A stretch of 64,000 bases of DNA from Candidatus Thorarchaeota archaeon (GCA_019057475.1 DXJO01000018.1:66348-130347), one strand, 5' to 3'; counted from the stretch's first letter, positions 41,303 to 51,998 are shown. A program made the numbers and translations. Notes: generated from the sequence alone by a model not told the origin.

Positions 41303-42472
41303 CTAGGACTCATCATTCATCTCGGCGTATACTTCTTCAGCTGGTTTTCCTTCTGCTGACTCGACGATATAATCAACAAACTTACGAAGGGTCTTGACCT
41401 CATCCCGCAGTATCGCTATATCTCTCTTATGAGCAGACTCGGCCTTCTTGATTCCCTCTACAGTCAGTGGGAATCCACACGAGGGACAGAATGATGCTCC
41501 CATGTCGATACCATCCATGCCGCAGCTCATACAGTTCAGATAGTCGAGCATCTGCCTTCTCGGGACCTCAACCTCCTTGCCGTAAATCTTTTCCGCGACC
41601 TCGTTCTCAACGTCATGAGTCGAGAGGTGGACATAGACCGGCTGCATGATTGTGGCATCCTTCCAGCCGACAAGTTTGGCGAGGGTCATACCCAAAACTC
41701 CTAGCTTGACAAACTCAGTAATCCGAGTGTGTCTGAACATGTGGACAATCCGTTTCTTCCCCGTGATGCCAGCGTCCTTCAAGACTGTCTTGACAATCGA
41801 GTACAGATGCGACTTGGTCAGAGGAGATACGTCACCCTGCATTGTGGTCCAGAGTGGACCCTTGCCAGTGGGATGGATGTTGAGCCAAGCCTGTAATGCC
41901 CTCAGTGACTTGCCCATAGGAATCACGCGGACGCCTGTCTTACCCTTCACGACTATCTTGTAGTCTGCGGGTCCGCCATTGATTGTGACGCCCTCGCAAG
42001 TCATGCTGAGTATCTCTCCCTGACGGCAGCCTGACTCATATAGGACTTCAAGTATTGCCCTGTCGCGGGTGTTCTTTGTTGCATTGAACATCCGCAGTAG
42101 TTCGTCGGCTGTGTACAAGTCCTCTACTGTAACGGTAGAGCTCTTCCTGTCAATGCGTGGCATCTCGACCTCATCCAAGTCGTGCTCGATGCCATAGTGC
42201 TCCAGAGCACGCTTGGCAATCCCGTACCTCTTCCAGAGAGTGTAGGGCGACAGCGTCTTCATCAGACCTCGGAAGTACTTTGCATTCAGGCTCTTGATTG
42301 GTGGAAAGTTATTAAGAATCAGGCGAACATCCTCCTTGGTGGATTCCGCCTTCATGCTGTCCTCGTACTTGTTCTGGAAAAATTCCTCATAGTGGATGAT
42401 TGTTTTTCTCTTCTCGTCCGACCCTTGCGTATTATTCGAGTCTTTCACGATTATACTAAGGGACTCAATCAT
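41303..42472 (-). CDS. int: Tyrosine recombinase/integrase with a C-terminal Zn ribbon (SNJ2-like)
   Basis: YESGCRQGE, KGKTG, HMFRH, LVGW, VYVHL; CMSC..CPSC. Confidence 0.93.
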   Translation of the reverse strand: MIESLSIIVKDSNNTQGSDEKRKTIIHYEEFFQNKYEDSMKAESTKEDVRLILNNFPPIKSLNAKYFRGLMKTLSPYTLWKRYGIAKRALEHYGIEHDLDEVEMPRIDRKSSTVTVEDLYTADELLRMFNATKNTRDRAILEVLYESGCRQGEILSMTCEGVTINGGPADYKIVVKGKTGVRVIPMGKSLRALQAWLNIHPTGKGPLWTTMQGDVSPLTKSHLYSIVKTVLKDAGITGKKRIVHMFRHTRITEFVKLGVLGMTLAKLVGWKDATIMQPVYVHLSTHDVENEVAEKIYGKEVEVPRRQMLDYLNCMSCGMDGIDMGASFCPSCGFPLTVEGIKKAESAHKRDIAILRDEVKTLRKFVDYIVESAEGKPAEEVYAEMNDES

Positions 42473-42511
42473 TTATAATGCTTGTTAAACTGTACAATTT
42501 GAAATACCGTT

Positions 42512-42521
42512 TACAATGAAC
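42512..42521 (+). repeat. Putative attR core
   Basis: ACCGTT-TACAATG-AACGGT; TACAATGAAC is shared with 9412-9421. Confidence 0.5.
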
Positions 42522-42671
42522 GGTTTTGAAAGACAATGGTAGCTCGGCCGATGATTCAGATAGACGAGTAGAAGTGCAATAGCTGAATCTGGCAAGAAGA
42601 TACCAGTACGAACCTACATCATCGGGGTGCGAGGCGCGACTAAGGCCGTACTTTAGATATCTGGGATGTTA

Positions 42672-43556
42672 CTAGAATCCCATCCGATGCAGTTCCTGCT
42701 CAATGAAATGCTTAGTTTGGTTGAGATTGTGCCAGCGCTCAGCGAAATTCGCCGCGTCAATGTTTCGCTTCTTATACATGAGCTGAAGGTCTGAGATCTC
42801 AATGTTAGTCTCTGCCAGTCGGTCCTTGTACATTTGCGCCATCAAGGCGGCACTGGCCGCTGCTGATTCGCTTGGCTTCTGCATGGATATGATTGCGCCA
42901 TCCATGATGCGATAGATTCTATCGGTCTGTCTTGCAGTCGAAGGATCGTGTGTGACAACGAGCACTGTTTTGCCCATCTCCTTGTTGACCTCGTGAAGAT
43001 ACCGTACTATCTTGGCGCCCGTTTCAGTATCCAAGTCGCCTGTAGGTTCATCACATATGAGAATCGGTGGGTCATTCGCAAGTGCTGCAATAATCGCAAC
43101 GCGTTGCTTTTCACCGCCGCTGAGTTCATCGGGTTTGTGCTTTGCTCGGAGGGTGAGACCAACACGTTCGAGAAGGTCCGTGGTTCGTTTCTTCCGTTCG
43201 TTTGCAGGTGTATTGACTGCAAGCATTGGAAGCTCCACATTCTCGTACGCGGTCAGCGTTGGAATAAGGTTGAGTGATTGGAAGATATGCCCAACAACTT
43301 TTTGTCTCAGCTTGCCTAGCTCCGCATTGCTCGCATTAGTGATATCTCGACCAGCGACCCAAGTTTTTCCAGCTGTTGCTCTCGCGAGACCTCCGATGAT
43401 ATTCAACAGCGTAGTCTTGCCTGATCCCGAGGGTCCGACTATTGCAATCATTTCACCTTGTTCGATCTTCATGGAGAGACCACGAAGTGCCTGTACTTCG
43501 AGGTTACCGAGCTTGAAAACTTTCATGAGATCGTCACATTGAATGTAGCTTACCAT
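42672..43556 (-). CDS. ABC ATP-binding protein (LolD/MacB type) with a C-terminal extension
   Basis: GPSGSGKTT, LSGGEKQR, CDEPTGDLD, VTHD. Confidence 0.93.
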   Translation of the reverse strand: MVSYIQCDDLMKVFKLGNLEVQALRGLSMKIEQGEMIAIVGPSGSGKTTLLNIIGGLARATAGKTWVAGRDITNASNAELGKLRQKVVGHIFQSLNLIPTLTAYENVELPMLAVNTPANERKKRTTDLLERVGLTLRAKHKPDELSGGEKQRVAIIAALANDPPILICDEPTGDLDTETGAKIVRYLHEVNKEMGKTVLVVTHDPSTARQTDRIYRIMDGAIISMQKPSESAAASAALMAQMYKDRLAETNIEISDLQLMYKKRNIDAANFAERWHNLNQTKHFIEQELHRMGF

Positions 43557-43566
43557 CTTTTACACC

Positions 43567-46347
43567 TCATTCGCGTAGAACGTCCACCTTATCTTCCGTA
43601 AATCTTGATGTCATTAGCACCGGTATAAGCGCTGAAATCAAGACAGCAATCGCAATTGCCGCCATGCAAAGGATAGCAAGCGGTGACAGGACAATTTGCG
43701 GCCGGACCAATATCTGAGTGTTCTCGCTCACATTGGCAATATCACCAAATAGCTGGATGAAGCCAGTGAGCAGACCTAGTAGAAGGGAGAACAAAACCAT
43801 AACCAGCACTTCGCCTGCGAGCACCTTGAGGGTCTGTCCACGAGTGAAGCCTCTTACGCCAAGAAGCGTGGTTTCGTACTCCTTTTCCTTTAGCGTAAGC
43901 CCTACTATTAGCAAGGTTCCAACGACAGCGAGCACGCCGCCGAACAGTATACCTACCCATCGTGCACGGGTACCGCCCACTTCGAATGTATTCTCTTGCG
44001 ATGCCGCAACTCTTGTCGTCGAGGAGTCCGTATCAACAACCTCGGGGAATGCTGTGAAGATTTCCTGTTCAAGGAGCGTGCCGTTGGTGCCTGGAATTGT
44101 TTGTAGCAACAGATGCCCAGTCGATATGTCTTCGAGGCCGGTTTCCTTGAGGTAGTCGGAAGGCACGTACGAAGGGTAGGATCCACCGAAGGCAAACTCC
44201 CCGACCATATCCGCCATCAAATCCTCTATTGGGCTCACATAACCAATCAACGCCACAATATCCATCCTGTGGAGGTCACTTGAACCGGTTCCCCTGAGAG
44301 TTATGGAGTTTCCAACACGAAGTTCTAGCTGTCTTGCTAGAGAAACTGACAATATGATCTTGTTGCCAGTGAAGTTCGAAAGAACATCCTCTAGAACCGC
44401 GCCGGAAAACCAACTGGTTTCGTAGAAGGCCGCTTCAGTCCAGGTTGCGGGTTCTATTCCTCTGACGTCAATCCCGCCCCGAGTGCTAGTCATCGTGAGT
44501 CGGTATTCGACAGTCAGGTCTGTAACCCCCTCGAAATTCTGCACAGACTCCTGGATTTCTGTCATATTCGATCCAGTGAGGAATGATGCGCTCACGTCAG
44601 AACCCACATAGTAAAGGTTGGTCCTTTCAAGCCTATCCTGCTCCGCAAACAAGCTGCCTACGCTGAATACGCCATAAGACACAATGAGGGCCACAGTAAA
44701 GACGAGTGCCGCATTTCTTACAGGATTCCGTTGGACGTTGCGAGTAGCCAGTGCTCCAAAGGGCCCAAAGAATCTCCCGCCAACACGAACTACAAATTCC
44801 TGAAACTTCTGAGAGCCACTCAGCAGTATCTTCGTCAGGCCATACAGAAACAGTATTGGTCCTATGAAATTGAGAAGGGCATCTATGGGGGTCCAGAGCG
44901 CAATTGCAATAAGAACGATGAACCCAGAGCTCATGGCAGTAGCTAGCATGGTCTGCATGCTGATTCCCAAGAGCCACACTATAATTTTGTAAGTGCCCAA
45001 TAACAGAGCTATCCGAGGCAAGAGATTCTTGTATTCGCGCTGCTCTTCGATGTAGATATACTGCTTGAGACTGTCTAGAGGGTCCAGTTTTGCTGCACGG
45101 TCCGCAGGTCCACGCACTGACCATAAGGCGATGATGAGACCAAAGCCGATGATGACAGAAGTATTGATTGGGTTCGCACTCAGCGCGATGAACGGGGTTT
45201 CCATGCTCACATCAAGAATCAAATGGGCAATGGTCGTCCCAAGGAATAGGCCGGCTACCCCTCCAATCAGCCCAATTATGGCTCCCTCGAACATCAACAT
45301 ACGTTTGATTGTCTTCGGACCGAATCCCTTGGTCTGTAGTAGGCCAAATTCCCGTCTTCTTAGATTGTAACTAACATCACTCAGCATCGTTGAGGAGTAC
45401 CAGCTCATGAAGATAATCGGTGCTGCCAAGCTCACAAACGCCAGAATTAGAATTCCTGACATTAATGATAGCATCTGCAAGGTAGAACCAATGAGGTTGG
45501 TAACCTGAGTGTTGAAGTGAGCTGTTCTGTCCTCCACCCTTGCTAGGGTATCAGCGATGTTCGCGGCTGATGCTCCTACATCATATGGATTTACTAGAAC
45601 ATCTCGGTCCAGTCTGCATAGGAAACCGCTGGACATGACCATGCTGGTCACATTCTCCTGCTGGTCGAACCACTGAATCACAGGTCGTATCGTCGACTCC
45701 CAGTCCACAATCAACAGGTCATAAATTCGCCAATCACCTATCGGAATCTGAATGAAGCCTAAATCAATAATTTGCGCAGGATTAAGCAACTGGGCGGTTC
45801 GCGATGGAATGTCGATGAATCCAGCAATCGTTAGATTGATTTCCACTGATGAGAAGTACGGAAACTCCGTGGTCATAATAGGTATGGATGTCTGAATGAT
45901 CTCACCAGCTTTCAAGAGCGATGCGTTCGCAGAACTCGCAACTACCCATGTTTCATTTGCAGCCAGTGACACTGACCCATTGATATGTTCGAAAGTATTC
46001 CAAAGCGTACTCTGTGGATCAGCCCCCACAATGTCAAAGGTTTCACCTCTACTTGCATTACGGTTGTATGTGTACTTGCTATAGACATCTACGCTCGTGA
46101 CATCAGGTATATCCTCCATGAGCGTTCTAAGATCGGTGAAGTTCTGGTTCGACCAAGTGACGTTGTTTGCCGAAATTCGTGCATCATAGTCAAGCTCGTC
46201 AAGCGCGTTCAATAGAGCCTCCTTGGTCATAACATCAGCGGAAACAATCATGCTTGAGAAAAACGTGGTCGCAATGAGCACTCCGATTGTGAGTGCAATG
46301 AACAGCTTATAGCCTCTGAGAACCCTCTTGATGGCGTACTTGAACAT
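43567..46347 (-). CDS. FtsX/MacB-like ABC permease (duplicated)
   Basis: RRREFGLLQTKG, RNVQRNP, LLGVRG; two extracytoplasmic domains. Confidence 0.88.
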   Translation of the reverse strand: MFKYAIKRVLRGYKLFIALTIGVLIATTFFSSMIVSADVMTKEALLNALDELDYDARISANNVTWSNQNFTDLRTLMEDIPDVTSVDVYSKYTYNRNASRGETFDIVGADPQSTLWNTFEHINGSVSLAANETWVVASSANASLLKAGEIIQTSIPIMTTEFPYFSSVEINLTIAGFIDIPSRTAQLLNPAQIIDLGFIQIPIGDWRIYDLLIVDWESTIRPVIQWFDQQENVTSMVMSSGFLCRLDRDVLVNPYDVGASAANIADTLARVEDRTAHFNTQVTNLIGSTLQMLSLMSGILILAFVSLAAPIIFMSWYSSTMLSDVSYNLRRREFGLLQTKGFGPKTIKRMLMFEGAIIGLIGGVAGLFLGTTIAHLILDVSMETPFIALSANPINTSVIIGFGLIIALWSVRGPADRAAKLDPLDSLKQYIYIEEQREYKNLLPRIALLLGTYKIIVWLLGISMQTMLATAMSSGFIVLIAIALWTPIDALLNFIGPILFLYGLTKILLSGSQKFQEFVVRVGGRFFGPFGALATRNVQRNPVRNAALVFTVALIVSYGVFSVGSLFAEQDRLERTNLYYVGSDVSASFLTGSNMTEIQESVQNFEGVTDLTVEYRLTMTSTRGGIDVRGIEPATWTEAAFYETSWFSGAVLEDVLSNFTGNKIILSVSLARQLELRVGNSITLRGTGSSDLHRMDIVALIGYVSPIEDLMADMVGEFAFGGSYPSYVPSDYLKETGLEDISTGHLLLQTIPGTNGTLLEQEIFTAFPEVVDTDSSTTRVAASQENTFEVGGTRARWVGILFGGVLAVVGTLLIVGLTLKEKEYETTLLGVRGFTRGQTLKVLAGEVLVMVLFSLLLGLLTGFIQLFGDIANVSENTQILVRPQIVLSPLAILCMAAIAIAVLISALIPVLMTSRFTEDKVDVLRE

Positions 46348-46622
46348 CTCTGGTCACTCTCTTTGTCGCGATTAGAATTCAATAAAAGTTCCTTGTAGGA
46401 TTCATCCAGCCATTCCGAAACCCGCAAGGAAGAAAGTAAGAAGATTATCACCTGTAAGTCTAAGACTTGTCATTATGTCGTCAGTTATCGTGTTGAAATT
46501 AGTCTTTGAGTTTGACATTGTCGTTTCACCATGTGATTGTTTCGTGAAATCGGAAGTGTAACCTATACAAAACACAAGCGAGTCTGCCTATAAGTAGTTT
46601 GGTGTTTGCCAAACAACAAACA

Positions 46623-47237
46623 TCAAACATCAGATGATGCGACTTGTCCTTCATCTGGCGCGGACTCAGTGGGCTCGAGTAGTTCCTCCCAAGCCCTCCT
46701 CTTGTCGTACACTACAGCCACGCATATTACCATTGCCGTCAGAGCAAGGCTAGATGACACCACAGTTGGCATCGTCGCCCAAGGATCGATTGGCGTATAG
46801 GTGGACTCAATCAAATTCACTGTCAGGTGGTAGGTTGTAGCCGAATTGTTCGCCATGTCATAAGCCAGAATCCAGAGCTCATGACTCCGATTAGATTGTA
46901 GCCTGTCAATGGATGCCACATAGTAGCTCCCGTTGTGAAGCAACTCATATTCGGTACGATTCATAGCCGAATCCTGAATTGTTAGTGAAACATTTCTTAC
47001 GCCTGAAACCGGGTCTCTTACGTCGGCCCATGCGGTGAAAGGCGCGCCCTCATAGGCGGACCTTGAGATGTTCCACACTTCTATTGTAGGGCGGAGGGTA
47101 TCTTGCAGACTTGCAATTCCCCGTTGCTGCGGATTCGCCGCCGCTGATGTTTTAACAACGACGCCGTGAGCGAGAACCATCACTGCAACCAGAATGACAA
47201 CCATATGGAGAACCTTTCTGCCGCTCATAGTAGTCAT
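46623..47237 (-). CDS. Membrane-anchored protein with an Ig-like domain
   Basis: Signal peptide, D.LRP, AYDMANN, C-terminal TM. Confidence 0.65.
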   Translation of the reverse strand: MTTMSGRKVLHMVVILVAVMVLAHGVVVKTSAAANPQQRGIASLQDTLRPTIEVWNISRSAYEGAPFTAWADVRDPVSGVRNVSLTIQDSAMNRTEYELLHNGSYYVASIDRLQSNRSHELWILAYDMANNSATTYHLTVNLIESTYTPIDPWATMPTVVSSSLALTAMVICVAVVYDKRRAWEELLEPTESAPDEGQVASSDV

Positions 47238-47829
47238 TCAGGTCACTCATTCGACCTTAATTAGGTGCTCTGTTAATGCATCCCATCTGGATAACGCGCA
47301 GCAGACGTGGACCAACCATGCGAAAATGAAGAAGGAAAAGGTGGGCACAGTGATCAACAAGCAAAGCGACGCTTGCCGCGCCACCACCATATCTATTTCG
47401 CGTCGCCTTCCGATGTACTCATTTTGGAGTACGCGCAAGACTCTCAACCGCACGCCATAGTTGATGAATCGGCTTGTTTACGATACCTGTGCCCTTGCTA
47501 GAATGCACCTATGTCATTGCGCTTTATGTCCTTATAGCTTTTGGTTCCTGCCTGGTTCCCCCATTCTTGATGGCGGCGCTAAGCTCAGGGTGTCCGTCTG
47601 CAATGAAAAACTATTAGGATATATTATGTTTGGCCTCTATTGTATAAAAGTCATCCGGGGGTATGCAGGTTCTGGGGAAATTAATTGGTTTCACAGTCTG
47701 CCGACACATTGCCGCCATTATCTGGCAGAGGAGGCAATAGAGGAAGTACGGAATCGAGAACGCACGAGTGAATGGAGAGCATGACGCGGATTCGTGCCCT
47801 TTCTATATCCAAAGTAAGCATTATCGTGT

Positions 47830-47985
47830 ATGACTGAATGGACATCAGCAAAGCTGATTCGTTTCGTCCGGAGCCAGCTCGAGAACAACCAAGACCTTGA
47901 TGTCAGACCGAACTTCGAGGTCCATACTGGGATCCTGATTCGTCAGGGCAACACCGAGTGGAGACTCAACCTGGAATCAATTTAG
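47830..47985 (+). CDS. Small hypothetical protein (51 aa)
   Basis: Manual translation MTEWTSAKLIRFVRSQLE...WRLNLESI. Confidence 0.4.
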   Translation: MTEWTSAKLIRFVRSQLENNQDLDVRPNFEVHTGILIRQGNTEWRLNLESI

Positions 47986-48068
47986 TGACCCTTGGCAGAT
48001 CGATTACTAAATCACTTCATTGCCGCTTCGAATCGACGTTTCGGATATGAGCTCTAGCACAGTACTAG

Positions 48069-49505
48069 CTAGATTCTCCGAGAAGACAGTGTTTCATAGT
48101 ACTTGCAGACCCCAGAAAGTGCACCAACTGCCTCACTGATGTTTCTGAAGACGGGCAATCCTGCTTCAACGAACTTTTGCCATGCCGTTTCTCTTGCCTC
48201 AGGGTATGCTACTTCCGGTATTGCCACCAGAACCGGCTTCTTCTCTTTCTCCACGACTTCGCTTCCTGCTTCAGCCATGATTTCCCACAGACCCTCAACA
48301 ACGTCAGCGGCTCCCATGATTGAAGCAACTTGATGGATGTTATGAACGTCCGCCTGCAAGATGATTGAATCGAACGCGGGGTCTGCACCAGCAACACGGA
48401 TTGCTTCTGCCATTGTTTGGTCGTTGTAGTAGTCTGCGGCGAGATCAATAGGATTCGCTACGGAATTACCAACGCCTCTTACCAGGGTTCGCAGCTTTTC
48501 GACAGTTTCGGGCGAAGAGGGGGGTACTCGAAGTCCACGATCTACACACAGGTCAGTGTAGATTACACTGGTTCCGCCGCTTATTGCAATGATGCCAACG
48601 TTCGATGAGCGTGGTTGAGGACTTTTCGAGAAAACACTGAGAGTCGCTTCTAGGTCTTCCAATGTGTTAACTGCGACAACGTTTGCCTGACGGAATGCCG
48701 CGTCCCAGATTTCGTCCCTGCCAGCCAAGGCGCCTGTATGAGATGAAACCGCTCTGGACCCCTCAATCGAACGTCCGCCCTTAACAGCAACAACAGGCTT
48801 CTTCTCAGTAATTCGCTTGAGAGACTCAAGAAGGTGTTTTCCATCACTTGTTCCCTCAATGTACACGCCCACGACATCCGTTTCTTGGTCTGTTTCGAGG
48901 TAGTCGAGAAGCTCAGAGGGAGAGATATCCACTGCATTCCCAAAGCTGAACATCTTGCTGAAGCCAACGCCCGCGTGCACAGCTGCTGTATAGACTGTAA
49001 TCGCAACACCGCCGGACTGTGAAACGAATCCAACATTTCCTGGAAGTCTATCCACTGTTGGCATGAACGCAAAGCCAATCTTTGGATACATAAGCCCCAT
49101 GCAATTCGGTCCAAAGACTCTGAATGGCATTGAGTGAATGAGGTCTTTGACTTCCTTCTCGCGCTGCCTACCCTCCTCCGTGCCGAGTTCTGAGTAGCCG
49201 CTTGTGAAGATAGTCGCTCCTTTTACACCCTTCTGGGCGCATTCCTTCAGTACTACAGGGACTGCTCTCAACGGCACTGCAAGGATGACATAATCAACAG
49301 GTTCCGGTATATCCAGAAGGCTCCGGTATATCTTATGGCCCAGAACCTCCTCCCCCGACTTCGAAACCAACCATACCTTGAGGTCGTGATCCCATTGAAG
49401 CATGGAATGGGGCCAATAGTAGCCCATCTTGGCTGAGACACCAACAATCGCGACTGACCTGATCTCAAGCATCTCTGATATTTTGGGCCGAACTATGGAG
49501 TTCAT
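48069..49505 (-). CDS. acdA: Acyl-CoA synthetase (ADP-forming) alpha subunit
   Basis: SVAIVGVS, FGPNCMG, VSQSGG, SHTGALAG, NPIDL. Confidence 0.9.
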   Translation of the reverse strand: MNSIVRPKISEMLEIRSVAIVGVSAKMGYYWPHSMLQWDHDLKVWLVSKSGEEVLGHKIYRSLLDIPEPVDYVILAVPLRAVPVVLKECAQKGVKGATIFTSGYSELGTEEGRQREKEVKDLIHSMPFRVFGPNCMGLMYPKIGFAFMPTVDRLPGNVGFVSQSGGVAITVYTAAVHAGVGFSKMFSFGNAVDISPSELLDYLETDQETDVVGVYIEGTSDGKHLLESLKRITEKKPVVAVKGGRSIEGSRAVSSHTGALAGRDEIWDAAFRQANVVAVNTLEDLEATLSVFSKSPQPRSSNVGIIAISGGTSVIYTDLCVDRGLRVPPSSPETVEKLRTLVRGVGNSVANPIDLAADYYNDQTMAEAIRVAGADPAFDSIILQADVHNIHQVASIMGAADVVEGLWEIMAEAGSEVVEKEKKPVLVAIPEVAYPEARETAWQKFVEAGLPVFRNISEAVGALSGVCKYYETLSSRRI

Positions 49506-49752
49506 GAGGATATCTCCGAGCTAAGCCTCGGGGACTGTCAATGCCGATTTAAAGACTACCGTCGAGGGCTATTCACCTGCTGCAGCACAAGGCTTTTCTT
49601 TGATTGAAACTCCGCAGGATTCGGTTGCTGAAAGAACCGCTAGCGAAAGACCTTAATGCTAGGTGAAATAAACTGGCAGTTCTGTAGGGTTCTGCGGGTC
49701 CTCAAGCGTTGCCCTTAGCTGTAGCATTGCAAAGAAACGGAGATAAAACTAC

Positions 49753-51564
49753 ATGCGCATATATCTTGATGCCAATTTCTTCATATCCGGATTCAGTGAC
49801 AGACCTAAAGACGTACACGAGATCAAGAAGGCTGCCGATAAAATCGGGATGGAGCTCTGGATTAGCAGACAGGTCTTCCATGAGCTTCGTTGGTATCTTC
49901 GAAGAGAGGTTGAGCAAATGATCCAGATAGATGAAACTCTATCGAAGGATATCAAGGCGCTTATCGCAGACATCAACAGACCTGAGGGAGCACTCCCTCA
50001 ACCCAATGATATGTCCCTCATCCTTGCTGCCATGCGCGTCAAAGGTTCCAAGATTGTGACCAGTGACCTCAAACTCTTGAACACCATCGAGGACCTCAAC
50101 ATCGAGGTTGAAGGAATAGTTGGATCTGCTTTCGCCTTGCAGCTAATGGAATCGGTTGACGATGAAGGTCTTGTGAAAAAGCTCAGCACAATACGTGAGC
50201 GAATCTACACACAAGAAGTCAGATACAGCATATCTCGTCAGGAAGCCTACGATCCAGTAACCAGAATACGCATTATCGAAGAACATGCTATGCGAGTTCT
50301 TAGAGAAGTGAAGCGGCCAGCTCGGGTCGATAAGTCTCTCTCGCAGGGCCAGCCCCTCTTTGTGCTCGATTTCCTTGAGGACATCAAGGCAGGTATTCCT
50401 ACGATGTTCGATGACTTCAGAGAGATGAAGTACGATACACTAGCAAAAGAAATCGAAGCTGTTCAGAACGAGATTGAACGCCTTCTCATTATGTCAACAC
50501 TGACTGAATCCAGTGAAACCCACAAGCGACTTGTCACACATGCCGCTGACATCACCTTATTTCTGTATTATTTAGAGATGCTGTGTCACCTGTACCGTGG
50601 AACCAGAGAAGGCATCAACGATGCCCTCGGAATCTCAGATGAGTCTTTCAGGCTGTTGATGTTCACAGGTGTGGAGAACGACGCTCTCAAGGCATCAGTT
50701 TTCTTCGTAAGAATCATCTTGGCACTCATTCTAGAGGATTATGAAGAGATTGACTACTACTACAGTCTGTATGATTCAATGTTGGAAAGAGTGGGACTTG
50801 ACGACATGAAAGAGACCTCAGAAGGGTTCTACATTACAATGCAGATTCTCAGGAAGTTCATGGGTGGATTCTCTCTGACACAGTCCAAGCTGCGATATCC
50901 TGATGTTACCATAGCCATGTTGAATGACATAGCAAAGTACAGCCTGTTGTTCGATGACCATGATAATGCTTGGCAGCTCTCAGTCAACGCGTACAAAATA
51001 GGGGTGGCTTACGGAAAAGAAACTGGAGCATTGATGTCATTCTTGCAGCTCTACAAGGTATCGTCTTCATCACACGATCGACTAAACCCCGCATTGGAGA
51101 AGATAGCAGAGCATGCTCTCAAGGTATTCGTAAAGAAGGGCTGGAAAACTGCACAGATTACTCCGATACTGAATGAGATTCAGGGGAATATGCCTCCTCT
51201 TGAGGAGATGACAACCGAGAAGCCAGTTCCACTGGAGAAATTGCCTGAGTCACTTCGAGGACGAATGGATGTTCTTGCGGCTTACGAGATTGATGGCGCG
51301 GATATCCTAGTTGTTAGGAACGATACACTCCAGGGGCGAGTAGGCATCCTTCTCGAGAAACACCCTAGCTTGAAGAACCTGAAGACTGGTCACAAGATTG
51401 CGCTAACAAAAGGTGATTTCAAGATTAGTAACGCTTCTCCGAATCTTGTCAAGAAACACTCTATCGTCCTAACTATTGTACCAGATGAAGGTTCAGAAAT
51501 TTCTTACGAGGGCGAATACGGGTTTAGCTGCCTGAAAGTAGCAGCGCCCAAGGTGGAAGTTTAG
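49753..51564 (+). CDS. PIN-domain protein with a long helical/OB-like C-terminus
   Basis: IYLDANF...ELR...NDMSLI...IVTSD. Confidence 0.7.
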   Translation: MRIYLDANFFISGFSDRPKDVHEIKKAADKIGMELWISRQVFHELRWYLRREVEQMIQIDETLSKDIKALIADINRPEGALPQPNDMSLILAAMRVKGSKIVTSDLKLLNTIEDLNIEVEGIVGSAFALQLMESVDDEGLVKKLSTIRERIYTQEVRYSISRQEAYDPVTRIRIIEEHAMRVLREVKRPARVDKSLSQGQPLFVLDFLEDIKAGIPTMFDDFREMKYDTLAKEIEAVQNEIERLLIMSTLTESSETHKRLVTHAADITLFLYYLEMLCHLYRGTREGINDALGISDESFRLLMFTGVENDALKASVFFVRIILALILEDYEEIDYYYSLYDSMLERVGLDDMKETSEGFYITMQILRKFMGGFSLTQSKLRYPDVTIAMLNDIAKYSLLFDDHDNAWQLSVNAYKIGVAYGKETGALMSFLQLYKVSSSSHDRLNPALEKIAEHALKVFVKKGWKTAQITPILNEIQGNMPPLEEMTTEKPVPLEKLPESLRGRMDVLAAYEIDGADILVVRNDTLQGRVGILLEKHPSLKNLKTGHKIALTKGDFKISNASPNLVKKHSIVLTIVPDEGSEISYEGEYGFSCLKVAAPKVEV

Positions 51565-51581
51565 AAACTCTCTTGGAGGTG

Positions 51582-51998
51582 ATGACCGTGGACCCATTCA
51601 TCGGGTTCGTAATTGTAATTGGTGTACTGATCGCAGCTGCGTTCAACTACATTTTGAATCGGGCTCCCGGTTCAGACCCTGAAGATTTTCAGGTTGGCCC
51701 TCCGCAGTTAGGAATCAGATGCGATTGTTTTCTTAATACGCTCATCATTGGAAGCATTCTGGTTCTCGCTCTCTCTGCTTCCTCTTATGTCTTCGAAACC
51801 AGAACTGAACTCCATATTGTAGGATTCATTGCATTTACTATCATCACTGCAGCGGGCATCTATGGGCGAACCATACGACATCGCGAGTGGAGAGAACTCG
51901 GGGAGATCCTTGAGAGAGCAGTCCCTAAGCCTCCAGACCGCCCTTATCCTGAATCGTTTGATATTTTGATTGAGGATGAAGACGAAGAGTATGACTGA
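51582..51998 (+). CDS. Three-TM membrane protein
   Basis: Hydrophobic segments, acidic tail. Confidence 0.6.
   Translation: MTVDPFIGFVIVIGVLIAAAFNYILNRAPGSDPEDFQVGPPQLGIRCDCFLNTLIIGSILVLALSASSYVFETRTELHIVGFIAFTIITAAGIYGRTIRHREWRELGEILERAVPKPPDRPYPESFDILIEDEDEEYD

Larger units (their letters stand above)
9412..42521. mobile_element. Integrated ~33 kb element (integrase + SF3 helicase, satellite/integrative-plasmid-like) carrying a defence island
   Basis: Integrase at the right end, helicase module at the left end, many nucleases and RM genes, gene remnants, heterogeneous base composition, 10-bp terminal direct repeat. Confidence 0.85.

Noticed and set aside
41303-42472. Integron integrase (IntI)
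   Set aside because: No IntI-specific insertion is visible; the C-terminal Zn ribbon fits archaeal SNJ2-like integrases.
42537-42660. Intact tRNA gene at the integrase end
   Set aside because: No canonical T-arm or D-arm and no complementary 5' acceptor strand.
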